Source of the DNA: Fibrobacterales bacterium
Lineage (GTDB): Bacteria; Fibrobacterota; Fibrobacteria; Fibrobacterales; JAOPTW01
Direction of reading: 5' to 3'
DNA: 64,000 bases
NCBI GenBank assembly: GCA_051532035.1
Contig: JAOPTW010000014.1
Coordinates: forward strand, 32,001-96,000
The number at the start of each line of letters is the position of its first letter. The first letter of the stretch is position 1. The position numbers were made by a program, and so were the translations under genes. The notes below the pieces were generated by a model. That model saw nothing but the letters and a program-made list of their open reading frames with translations. It ran no database searches and was not told where the DNA came from. Of this stretch, positions 10,481 through 19,907 are shown piece after piece.

Positions 10481-10587
10481 TAATAATGGGAAGAGAATAT
10501 TTATGCCCAAATGTCTATTTTAAACGTAGGGAAGACGGAAAATAGACGTATACAAAAAGAGCGTAGATCGGAAGAGTAGGTATCGTT

Positions 10588-11565
10588 ATGGCTGATGAAA
10601 ATATCAATAGTCAAGGATTAGACGCAGCAATAAATCGTCAAGAATTTAAATTCGACATAGATGTCGACCGCACCCAACTTGCCAAAAAAGTTGAGCATGA
10701 TGGAGAAGTCGAGGATAAGGGTTACTCCGAAGAGGCTGAGCAAGCAAAAAGCTCTCAACCAGATTTCAATGTAACCATAAGTCTCCGAGCCCAAGAACTC
10801 GCTGTTCAAAATTCCGTGGGTAAAGAGGAGAGTTATGAAGTTGTTCAAAAGATCAACCTCAATAGTGAACTCTCAGGTGAGCGAAATCAATCATTTATCA
10901 ATCAAGCTGACTCGGCTCAAGAGTATATTGATAGAATCAATACGCTACAAGCCGAAAATCAAAACACTACTCAACGTGATATTAACCTCCAGAACGAGAG
11001 TGCTTTTAACTCACCCCAGCAACAAGATGAAATCACGTATCAGCAATCAGTTCTTGAAAGCCGTAGAAACCAAGCTTCTCGTATTGCCGAGTCCTACCAA
11101 CTCAACTCTCGGTTAGAGTCAAATGCAAACTCAGAGGGTACCCCTTTTAATCAACTCAACTTTGCCAATGCTCAAGAGACTTATAAAAGTGGGAACGAGG
11201 AAACACCCTTAGCTGGCACCCCTTCTGAGTCTGCCTCTCCAGAAAACAACAGTAATGTATCCGCTCAAATTCAAAGCGTTGAGCGGGATGAAAGCGACAA
11301 CACCCTGCTTCAACAAGCTGCTGGAGACGAGACCGGTGTGCAACGACAACGACAGCAGCGAGAAGAACGTTTTGCCCCTCCCTCCACTCGTGACACTCCT
11401 GAAGAACGACAGGCGGTAGAAAACGAGGTTATTCAACAGGAAGAGAACCGTGATGAGGTGACTGAAGTCGACAATGAACAAGCCGAAGAAACCTATCTTG
11501 AACGCCTGAGACAGCAGAGTGATGTCATAATTGATCGGTATCGAGAAGGTCGAATATTTGAGTAG
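10588..11565 (+). CDS. Hypothetical Q/E/N-rich, probably disordered protein
   Basis: 325-aa ORF with AGGT SD-like site; no TM segment or signal peptide; low complexity. Confidence 0.75.
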   Translation: MADENINSQGLDAAINRQEFKFDIDVDRTQLAKKVEHDGEVEDKGYSEEAEQAKSSQPDFNVTISLRAQELAVQNSVGKEESYEVVQKINLNSELSGERNQSFINQADSAQEYIDRINTLQAENQNTTQRDINLQNESAFNSPQQQDEITYQQSVLESRRNQASRIAESYQLNSRLESNANSEGTPFNQLNFANAQETYKSGNEETPLAGTPSESASPENNSNVSAQIQSVERDESDNTLLQQAAGDETGVQRQRQQREERFAPPSTRDTPEERQAVENEVIQQEENRDEVTEVDNEQAEETYLERLRQQSDVIIDRYREGRIFE

Positions 11566-11625
11566 CTAGAATACACTCAATACTCTTTTTTTGTATCTTT
11601 TAACAACCTCTCATTTCTGGTTGTT

Positions 11626-14600
11626 ATGTTAAAAAAGCTGATTATCTGGTCTATTATTATTGGAATTTTCACCGGGCTTCTTGCCTATGGTGCCATTTTC
11701 ATCTATCTCCCATCGCAAGATCCCAATAATGAGATGACGAAAGATGCTATTCTCAATACTCTTAAGAGTGAAACAGTCGTACTCTATGAAGATGAAGATA
11801 CTCAACTGGGCGCCTTTTTCAGTAAAGAACACCGACGCTATGCAAACTATGCAACCATTCCTCAACACATCGTTCAAGGACTCATAGCTGGTGAAGATCA
11901 AAACTACTTTTCACACGAAGGCTTTGACTATAAAGGTTTTGCGCGTGCACTCTTTAAAACCCTAACCACAGGAAAAAAACAAGGGGGCTCTACCCTTACC
12001 CAGCAAGCAGCAAAAAACCTCTTTTCACTCTATGACCGAACGCTCACTCGAAAAGTGAAAGAACTCATTTATGCGAAGCGTCTTGAATACTATTTTACCA
12101 AAGAGCAGATATTAGAATTTTACCTCAATCAATTCTACGTTTCTGGTACCGGGCGCGGAGTTGCCATTGCCGCCAAATACTTTTTTAACAAAACACTCGA
12201 CCAATTAACCCTGAGAGAATGTGCCTTTATTGCCGGATCTGTAAAAGGCCCCTCAAACTACGACCCTTTTATTAAACGCACTCAAAAGCGCAAAGACAAA
12301 GCCCTTAAACGAGGGGTTTATAGAACCAACTACATTCTTAACCGTATGCATGCAGAAGGATACGTCTCTGAAACAGAACTATCACAAGCAATCAACGACA
12401 CCCTCGCTTTTGACAAAGGCAACTTTAAAAGTGCACTCTCTACCCCTATGAGTTGGGTCTATCAAAAACTCCAGTCCGAAGAGATGCAAAAAGTACTCAT
12501 TGATGAAGGGCTTGTTCCTTGGGAAGAGTCTCAACTCACTATTGTTACCACCTTACGTAAAGACCTTCAAGATGGACTAGTACATAGTAATAGAAAAAAC
12601 CTCTCTCGTCTTGAAACCCTCATCAAAGGGTATAAAAAACCAACACGAGAGACTCCTTCAAAATATTCCTACACTACACCCGGTGAATTTGGTTATGGTA
12701 AAATCGAGCGCATAGAACGATCTAAAAAAGGTTCTATCACGAAGGTCTACATATCAATGGGGCAAGTAGAGGGTACCATTGAAAAGAAAGAATTAAAAAA
12801 GTGGGCGCTCAAACAAGCATCACATATCTATGGGCGCACGTGGTCACTCACCTCAAAACTATACAACACTCTTGTTAATCCTCTTATACAGCCCGGTACT
12901 ATTCTCTATCTCAGAACGATCAATACTCCTTTAGAACTCACCGATGCGCAATACAGTATTGAACAAGAGCCCACTATAGAAGGAGCCAGTTATCTACTGC
13001 ATCAAGGTAAAATACGAGGAGTGAGTAACGGTTTTCGCAATCGAGGCTATGACCGAATTTCTCGAGCAAATCGCCAATTTGGATCCTCGTGGAAACCACT
13101 CCTCTATGCCACGGCTTTAGAGAATGGCTGGGGATACATGGACCTCCTTGAAAATGAAAACAATGTATTCCAATATTCAACCAGCTTTTATTTTCCTAAC
13201 CCCGACCATAAAAAAAGAGGTAACCAAGTCAGTCTTACTTGGGCAGCGACGCGTTCAGAGAACATCGCCTCAATCTACCTACTCACCCATTTATTAGATA
13301 AGCTCCCCAGTGGTGAGTTCTGGAAACACGCTGAACGTTTTAGTTTTACCCCATCTGCAAGTGAGTCCGACAAAGCATACTATGAACGCCTGAGGGATTC
13401 ACTGGGCTTGCATCTCAATAAAAAGGCAAACCTCGAAATCAGATTCGCCAAAGCCAAACAACAGCTTATGACTGAGCTCGCCTTTTTAGAAGACATCGAG
13501 CAAATTAAATTTGTGAAACAGATGCAGTGCGGCCATGGCTTTAAGAAGCAATATGCAAAGCAAAAAAATCCATCGACCAAAAAGTTTCTGCTCAACAACT
13601 TCCTCTTCCATACCGCAGCACTGAATGGTATTGATAAACGCCCCGTTTACTACAATGCATTACTCAACCGCTATGGAAGTTTTTTAAGAAAACCTGATAT
13701 CAATTGGAAAGCCCTCCCCAAAGAATCGACACGCCCTTCAAATGACTCCATCTACATTAATGGTGGCATCCAAAAGCTCTATCTTGACTCACTCGTAGCT
13801 CTCATTGGTTCTCCACTCAAGAGAAATGAGATGATACAGCCTGAAAACTTACGGTTCCTCCCTGACTTCAACACGAGCCTTTCAATGGAAGTCTACATCG
13901 ATTTTTGCAGACGGGCTGGTATCACACAACCCCTCGAAAAAGTGCTCTCACTCCCCCTTGGGGCTAATGACATTCACCTCTCAGAACTTACACATGCCTA
14001 CGAAACCATCCTTTCGGGAAAACAATACAAAGGTGCCCTCACTGAATGGGGAGAGGGTGTGCTCATTGAAAAAATTTACAACAGTGATGGCGAAATTATT
14101 TTCGAAAATGATGTAGAAGAGCGGAAAGTACTCAACGATACTCTTGTAGCCCAGATGGCAATTATGCTGAGATCAGTTATAGAGAATGGCACCGGGCGTT
14201 TGGCAAATCGCACTGTAGCAATTAAAAACCCAGAATCTGATGAACGGTTTCAATTCCCCCTCTACGGCAAAACCGGTACGACCAATAGTTTTAGAAATGC
14301 CGCCTTCCTCGGCGGGGTTGCTGGATGGGACGAAACAACAGATGGCTTCACCCCCTATGCAGGTCATACAATAGGAAGCTATGTAGGATTTGACAACAAC
14401 AGACCAATGATATCTAAGGCACTCAAAGTATCTGGCGCCTCAGGCCCCCTCCCTCAATGGTCAGATATGGCGCATGTCATTCTTTCCTCAGACTCGCTCT
14501 ATACAAAGGTCGACTTTCTCGATTTTGAGCTCCTTATCTCAAAAAAAATAACGCCGAAGAACTCTCTCTGGGGAGTCCAAAAAGCTGTCGATCCGCTGAG

Positions 14601-14667
14601 CGGTATTTTCCATACTAATGATACTCATTCAAATACACTCCCCTACATTTACACCATTAAGGAATAG
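11626..14667 (+). CDS. mrcA: Class A bifunctional penicillin-binding protein (PBP1A-like) with large insertions
   Basis: N-terminal TM; GT51 motifs EDQNYFSHEG, GGSTLTQQ, RKVKE, KEQILEFYLN; transpeptidase motifs SSWK, SEN, KTG. Confidence 0.9.
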   Translation: MLKKLIIWSIIIGIFTGLLAYGAIFIYLPSQDPNNEMTKDAILNTLKSETVVLYEDEDTQLGAFFSKEHRRYANYATIPQHIVQGLIAGEDQNYFSHEGFDYKGFARALFKTLTTGKKQGGSTLTQQAAKNLFSLYDRTLTRKVKELIYAKRLEYYFTKEQILEFYLNQFYVSGTGRGVAIAAKYFFNKTLDQLTLRECAFIAGSVKGPSNYDPFIKRTQKRKDKALKRGVYRTNYILNRMHAEGYVSETELSQAINDTLAFDKGNFKSALSTPMSWVYQKLQSEEMQKVLIDEGLVPWEESQLTIVTTLRKDLQDGLVHSNRKNLSRLETLIKGYKKPTRETPSKYSYTTPGEFGYGKIERIERSKKGSITKVYISMGQVEGTIEKKELKKWALKQASHIYGRTWSLTSKLYNTLVNPLIQPGTILYLRTINTPLELTDAQYSIEQEPTIEGASYLLHQGKIRGVSNGFRNRGYDRISRANRQFGSSWKPLLYATALENGWGYMDLLENENNVFQYSTSFYFPNPDHKKRGNQVSLTWAATRSENIASIYLLTHLLDKLPSGEFWKHAERFSFTPSASESDKAYYERLRDSLGLHLNKKANLEIRFAKAKQQLMTELAFLEDIEQIKFVKQMQCGHGFKKQYAKQKNPSTKKFLLNNFLFHTAALNGIDKRPVYYNALLNRYGSFLRKPDINWKALPKESTRPSNDSIYINGGIQKLYLDSLVALIGSPLKRNEMIQPENLRFLPDFNTSLSMEVYIDFCRRAGITQPLEKVLSLPLGANDIHLSELTHAYETILSGKQYKGALTEWGEGVLIEKIYNSDGEIIFENDVEERKVLNDTLVAQMAIMLRSVIENGTGRLANRTVAIKNPESDERFQFPLYGKTGTTNSFRNAAFLGGVAGWDETTDGFTPYAGHTIGSYVGFDNNRPMISKALKVSGASGPLPQWSDMAHVILSSDSLYTKVDFLDFELLISKKITPKNSLWGVQKAVDPLSGIFHTNDTHSNTLPYIYTIKE

Positions 14668-14669
14668 TA

Positions 14670-15884
14670 ATGAAACACTTATCACTTATCGCCAGTTGCT
14701 GTGTATCACTTATTGCCTTTGGGTGTAGCGCTACTACCCCGGTCAACAATGACGTTCGTCGCCCCGACCCTACAAAGCGCATTATTACCGATACTCTTTT
14801 TATTATAGATTCTACAGAGTCAAAGCATGACACAGCAATTGAGTTTATCCCACTCACGGATTGGAGTGAAGAGAAGTCTCACTGTGATAGTGATCAGGTA
14901 CCAGCCTTCAACTTCGATCAACTCAGTGACTGTATTGCTCACTCTATGCGCATGGGTAACTACTCTCAAACATTAGACCTCTTTAAACTCCTCCCCACCC
15001 GTGATCAAGAAAAACGATTACTCCAGCAAAAAACAACACTCAATGCACTGCTATTAAAAAGTGAGAGTCATACCAAAGAGGGAGAAGTACTGACGAATGA
15101 ACTCACCACAGACCAAGAGCACTATCGCATTATGAGTGGTGTCGCTAAAAATCAGACCGAAATGCAGACTATGGACTCCTCAGAGGTGATAACTAAATGG
15201 GAAGGACTAATCCACAAGCTTAACCGAAAAATATTTATGAAAGCTCAGTATCATGAAATTACCTATATGATCGATGCAATGGGTGGAACCCCACCCACAC
15301 CCGACATTGCACAGCAGATTGATGGACTGCTCAAAAAAGTTATAAGTCGAGACCTTAAAAATGCTCAAGTTATTCTCGATCAATTAAAAGAGGCGATGAA
15401 TATAAAAGGTGATTTTACCTTGGCCCGCACCAAACTCGATGAGCTGAATAAAAAATATCGCCATATTGAGAAAGAGTACCTCTACAGTAAATTGGCCATT
15501 GCTATTGACCAAAAAGAGCAGGAGTTTAACACGACGACCTCTGTTAAAAATAGCGATGCCCTACTAGCAGAAGCGAAATCAGGTATTTCTCAAGGGCAGT
15601 ATCTCATGGCACTTGAACTCCTTCAATCGATACAACACACCAAGCATCGGGCCGAAGTACAACAGCTCATGAAAGAGATTGGCAATAACTATTGTAAAGA
15701 AAAGCGCGTATTAGCCTCGCAAGACCTTAAAGAGTCTTTTAGTCACCGAGGCTCCTCGACTGAACGATCGTTACTCGAACGCGCATTAAACCATTTAAAT
15801 CAATGCATTGAGACATTCCCAGCCAATGATTACCGAGAAACTATTTTAAAGAATAGAGCTGTATTAGAAAAACGATTAGATTAA
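14670..15884 (+). CDS. Hypothetical alpha-helical (TPR-like) lipoprotein
   Basis: Lipobox IAFGC; helical-repeat-like composition; starts 2 nt after the PBP1A stop. Confidence 0.7.
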   Translation: MKHLSLIASCCVSLIAFGCSATTPVNNDVRRPDPTKRIITDTLFIIDSTESKHDTAIEFIPLTDWSEEKSHCDSDQVPAFNFDQLSDCIAHSMRMGNYSQTLDLFKLLPTRDQEKRLLQQKTTLNALLLKSESHTKEGEVLTNELTTDQEHYRIMSGVAKNQTEMQTMDSSEVITKWEGLIHKLNRKIFMKAQYHEITYMIDAMGGTPPTPDIAQQIDGLLKKVISRDLKNAQVILDQLKEAMNIKGDFTLARTKLDELNKKYRHIEKEYLYSKLAIAIDQKEQEFNTTTSVKNSDALLAEAKSGISQGQYLMALELLQSIQHTKHRAEVQQLMKEIGNNYCKEKRVLASQDLKESFSHRGSSTERSLLERALNHLNQCIETFPANDYRETILKNRAVLEKRLD

Positions 15885-15891
15885 GGATTTC

Positions 15892-18585
15892 TTAGTCTAA
15901 TATGATCCGGTCAACATCACCAGATAAAAAACTCATAAGCTCTGTGTCATTCAGTAACACTTCACGGGGCTTAGAGCCTTTGGGAGGGCCGATAATTCCA
16001 TTGCCCTCCATCTGATCTATAATTTTACCAGCACGCGCATAGCCCACTCCAAGTCGACGTTGCAGCATTGATGTCGAAGCCGACCCTGCATGTACCACTA
16101 ACTCGGCCGCTTCATTGAATTTAGAATCTCGTGGCCCAAAATCTGCTTCGGTAGCCCCATCGCCTTCTCCGGTATCAAAGACCTCGAGCTGTGGATAGTT
16201 TACAAACTGATTTGCAGATCGTTCCACTATCACTTCAATATCCTGATCTGAAAGAAACGCACCATGAGCCCGGACCGCTTCTGGATCTCTTACTGTCCGC
16301 ACAAGCATATCTCCACGCCCAAGGAGCTTCTCAGCACCCATTTTATCAAGTACAGTCCGTGCATCAATTTGCGATGCCACTTTAAATGAGATACGTGAAG
16401 GGAGGTTTGCTTTAATTGTACCGGTAATCACTTGCACTGATGGACGCTGAGTCGCAAGTATTAAATGAATACCTACCGCTCGCGCTTTTTGAGCAATACG
16501 GGCAATTGAGGTTTCAACCTCTTTGCCAGCCACCATCATCAGGTCGGCAAGCTCATCAATAACAATCACCAGATACGGCATGAGCATATTATCTTCGGTG
16601 TCAACACGTCCTTCAAGAGCCCCATCTTTGAATTTTTGGTTAAAACCAAAGAGGTTTCTCACGCCACCCTTAGCGAGAACTTCATAGCGTCTATCCATCT
16701 CGATACATGCCCACTTCAGTGCTTGAATTGCAATATCAGGGCTGGTAATGACTGGATGAAGGAGATGAGGAATTTTTTCATAGGGCTTCAGTTCAACCAC
16801 TTTAGGATCGACAAGAATCATTCGTAACTCATCAGGAGTTTTTGTTGCAATAATTGAAGCCATAATAGTATTGATACAAACCGATTTACCCGATCCTGTT
16901 TGACCCGCAATCAATAAATGAGGTGCTGCAGCAAGGTCAAGAGTAAAAGCATCCCCTGCAATATCCTTACCAAGAGCAAGCATAATATTATCGGGACCTG
17001 TTTGAAAAGCATCTGACTCAAACACATCTCTTCCAAAAACAATATGGGGTTTTGAATTAGGAATTTCAATTCCCACTGCAGCTTTACCTGGTATTGGCGC
17101 AAGAATTCTCACCGATTTTGCCCTCAGCGCCAGAGCAAGATCGTCGGACAATCCAGAAATTTTTGAAACCTTTACCCCAGGGGCAAGGTCAATTTCAAAG
17201 CGTGTAATAATTGGGCCGGTACAAATTCCAGTCACCTTACCCTTCACCCTAAAATTTGCAAGTTGCGTCTCAAGATGTTTACTGAGGTCCATCAATTCAG
17301 CTTCAGTATAGCTCACTTCTTGAAAAGGAGGCGAAGGGAGAAGGGAAGTTATTTCAGGAATCACATACGCGTCATACTTTACATCTCTTTTTTTAGCTGC
17401 TGTAATCTCTCGTTGTTTGATAACAGAGATCGCTTTAGTCTCTTTCTCATCCTCTGATACCTCAGTACCGCTATTATTTTCTGCTTCATGTTTAAGGTCA
17501 TCAGCAATAGATTCAGAATTACTTTTTTTATTCTGTAATGCCTTACTCTCTTTTTTAGACAACTTTTTAGGAGGCTCATCACTCTCTTCAGCCTTAGAAC
17601 CTTTGGTTCCCTTTTTTCCGATGAGTCCACCAATCTTCACTTTCTGTGTATCACGATCTTCCCAATCATTAAGCTCTGACATCCGTTGTACCCGTGCAAG
17701 CTCATCCCGAACTCGTCTCTTCTCGCGCGGATCAAGGGTTGGGTCTTTTGCCATCTCTTTGAGTTCGTTTATGTAGTCGTTACTAATATCGGCATCATCA
17801 TCAATAGGCTCAAAAAGCGGACTCTCCTGAGGGGGTTCAGCTCCCACTGGTTCACTTTTCTTACTCTTCTTAATTTTCTTTGCAGTCTCTTTTTCAGCAG
17901 CTTCATACTCTTTCACACGATTTTCAAGCTCCTGCCGTTTTGCTAATTTTCTCAGCCGAGCTTCTTCACGATAATCTGCTACCGTCATTAGAATTTTATC
18001 AACAATAGTAGACGGTCTAAATTCAGTTGCCCAAATCACACTAAAAAAGAGCGCCGTAAGGGTAAATGCATAGGCCAAAAATGTAGACTCTCCAAAGACT
18101 GAGGCATAGAGGAAATCAACTAAAAAATTTCCAACAACTCCTCCAGTATTTTCAAAATCTTCGAGAGCAAATTGTGCCACTTCAAGATTTTTAAGGCTCA
18201 GAAGAATTGATATTTCTATGTAGAGGAGGAGCATAAACCCAGTAAAACGACTCGACACTTTGATTACTGAGAGTTGTAACACATGAATACCGAGTGAGAA
18301 GAGCATAACGATAAAGAGTAAGGAGGGGAGTTTTCCACCAACACGAATAAGAGTTGTTGCGAGCCATTCTCCAAGATAGGCCCCCATAAGATTGGTGCCT
18401 CCCGCAGAGGCAAATTCAGAAAGAAGCGAGGTAAGAAAAAGAGCAGCAAGTGCAATAAAAAGCCACCCACCAATTTCACGACCTGTTGAATTAAGGTCGT
18501 TCTCTTCTTCATCGACACTTATTTTGCGCGCCGACTTTGTTGCAGCCTTCTTCACTGCTTTTTTCTTTGCTTTCGTAACAGCCAC
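15892..18585 (-). CDS. ftsK: DNA translocase FtsK
   Basis: N-terminal TM domain, charged linker, PHLLIAGQTGSGKS, IDELADLMM, ATQRPS and gamma domain SMLQRRLGVGYARAG. Confidence 0.97.
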   Translation of the reverse strand: MAVTKAKKKAVKKAATKSARKISVDEEENDLNSTGREIGGWLFIALAALFLTSLLSEFASAGGTNLMGAYLGEWLATTLIRVGGKLPSLLFIVMLFSLGIHVLQLSVIKVSSRFTGFMLLLYIEISILLSLKNLEVAQFALEDFENTGGVVGNFLVDFLYASVFGESTFLAYAFTLTALFFSVIWATEFRPSTIVDKILMTVADYREEARLRKLAKRQELENRVKEYEAAEKETAKKIKKSKKSEPVGAEPPQESPLFEPIDDDADISNDYINELKEMAKDPTLDPREKRRVRDELARVQRMSELNDWEDRDTQKVKIGGLIGKKGTKGSKAEESDEPPKKLSKKESKALQNKKSNSESIADDLKHEAENNSGTEVSEDEKETKAISVIKQREITAAKKRDVKYDAYVIPEITSLLPSPPFQEVSYTEAELMDLSKHLETQLANFRVKGKVTGICTGPIITRFEIDLAPGVKVSKISGLSDDLALALRAKSVRILAPIPGKAAVGIEIPNSKPHIVFGRDVFESDAFQTGPDNIMLALGKDIAGDAFTLDLAAAPHLLIAGQTGSGKSVCINTIMASIIATKTPDELRMILVDPKVVELKPYEKIPHLLHPVITSPDIAIQALKWACIEMDRRYEVLAKGGVRNLFGFNQKFKDGALEGRVDTEDNMLMPYLVIVIDELADLMMVAGKEVETSIARIAQKARAVGIHLILATQRPSVQVITGTIKANLPSRISFKVASQIDARTVLDKMGAEKLLGRGDMLVRTVRDPEAVRAHGAFLSDQDIEVIVERSANQFVNYPQLEVFDTGEGDGATEADFGPRDSKFNEAAELVVHAGSASTSMLQRRLGVGYARAGKIIDQMEGNGIIGPPKGSKPREVLLNDTELMSFLSGDVDRIILD

Positions 18586-18598
18586 ACTACCTCAATAT

Positions 18599-19684
18599 CT
18601 ATTTTTTAAAACGACGAGAGACCACTCTCGCTTTTTTTGCTTTATCTCGAATCATCACATCAACTTCACTTCCAACCTTGGCATATTCTGCGTTGATAAA
18701 AGCCATAGAGATCGCTTTGGCTGTGGTAGGTATGACTGACCCCGATGTAATCTCACCAATAACCGTTCCATTGACGGTAACACTGCACCCTATGCGAGGA
18801 ATACCTTTATCGATGAGTTCAATACCGACTATTTTATTTTCGAAGCCTGCAGTTTTAGAAGCAACCAGTGCCTCTTTACCTATAAACGTATCTTTATTGA
18901 GGTCAGTTATCCACCCGAGCCCCGACTCTAGAACGTTACGAGTGTCGTTCAGTTCCTGACCATAGAGAGAGAAACCTGCCTCAAGTCTGAGAGTATCACG
19001 AGCACCAAGACCAATGGGCTCTATACCATACTCCTGGCCAGCCTCCATCAAAACATTCCAGACAGCAACGGCCGCTCCATTTTTAGGAAAAAATTCAAAC
19101 CCATCTTCACCAGTATATCCTGTACGTGAGACTAAAAACTCTTCACCTGCAATAGTGGTTTTAAATGCGTTATAATAGGCCACTCCACTTAAGCTGTGGT
19201 CACACACCTTTTCGGCGATCTTTACTGCAAGGGGGCCTTGAAGTGCAAGAATACACATATCTGGACTTGCATTGACAACAGTAACGCCATCAGGAACACG
19301 AGAAGTTACCCAATCATAATCTTTATCGATGTTAGCCGCATTCACGATAATTTGATAAGACTCTGTACCTAATTTATAGACAAGGATATCATCAATAACA
19401 CCCCCTGCCTTGTTACACAATGCCGAGTACTGCACTTGCAAAGTAACTATTTTACTCACATTATTGGAAGTAATGCTGTTTAAAAAAGCCTCAGAGCCTT
19501 CACCACTCACGTAAAACAATCCCATATGAGAGACATCAAAAAGCCCTACTCGTTCTCTTACAGCTTCGTGTTCTGCTTTAATTCCTGCAAAGGAGACAGG
19601 CATCTCGTATCCTGCAAAAGGGACAATTTTTCCATTATATTTAGCATATTCATCAAAAAGCGGGGTGCGTTTTAAGGTACTCAT
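18599..19684 (-). CDS. gcvT: Glycine cleavage system aminomethyltransferase T
   Basis: LFDVSHMG, SRTGYTGEDGFE and GLGARDTLRLEAG. Confidence 0.97.
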   Translation of the reverse strand: MSTLKRTPLFDEYAKYNGKIVPFAGYEMPVSFAGIKAEHEAVRERVGLFDVSHMGLFYVSGEGSEAFLNSITSNNVSKIVTLQVQYSALCNKAGGVIDDILVYKLGTESYQIIVNAANIDKDYDWVTSRVPDGVTVVNASPDMCILALQGPLAVKIAEKVCDHSLSGVAYYNAFKTTIAGEEFLVSRTGYTGEDGFEFFPKNGAAVAVWNVLMEAGQEYGIEPIGLGARDTLRLEAGFSLYGQELNDTRNVLESGLGWITDLNKDTFIGKEALVASKTAGFENKIVGIELIDKGIPRIGCSVTVNGTVIGEITSGSVIPTTAKAISMAFINAEYAKVGSEVDVMIRDKAKKARVVSRRFKK

Positions 19685-19907
19685 GAAGATCTCGTGGGTG
19701 AAAATAATTACAGTGTGTTCGAAAATATACTTAAAATCGCCCCTTTTTATGGGAACAAATGTGCCCCCACTTTTAAATCAGTGTCGGATATCACCCTTGG
19801 AATCATCTCGTTCAAATATGTAGAAATTTCTCATTTATTGAGTAAATTGTGGTAATTATCTCAAAATCATAGTTAAATTAGAGGGTATATTTATAAGTTG
19901 AACCAGC

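Noticed and set aside
18520..18585. Lys/Ala-rich FtsK N-terminus as a second H1-like module
   Set aside because: Only about 20 aa long; basic cytoplasmic N-termini are common in FtsK.
19685..19907. Glycine riboswitch upstream of gcvT
   Set aside because: No GGAGA/CCGAAG/CTCTCAGG aptamer elements on the minus strand, and a promoter-like motif lies only about 37 nt from the start.
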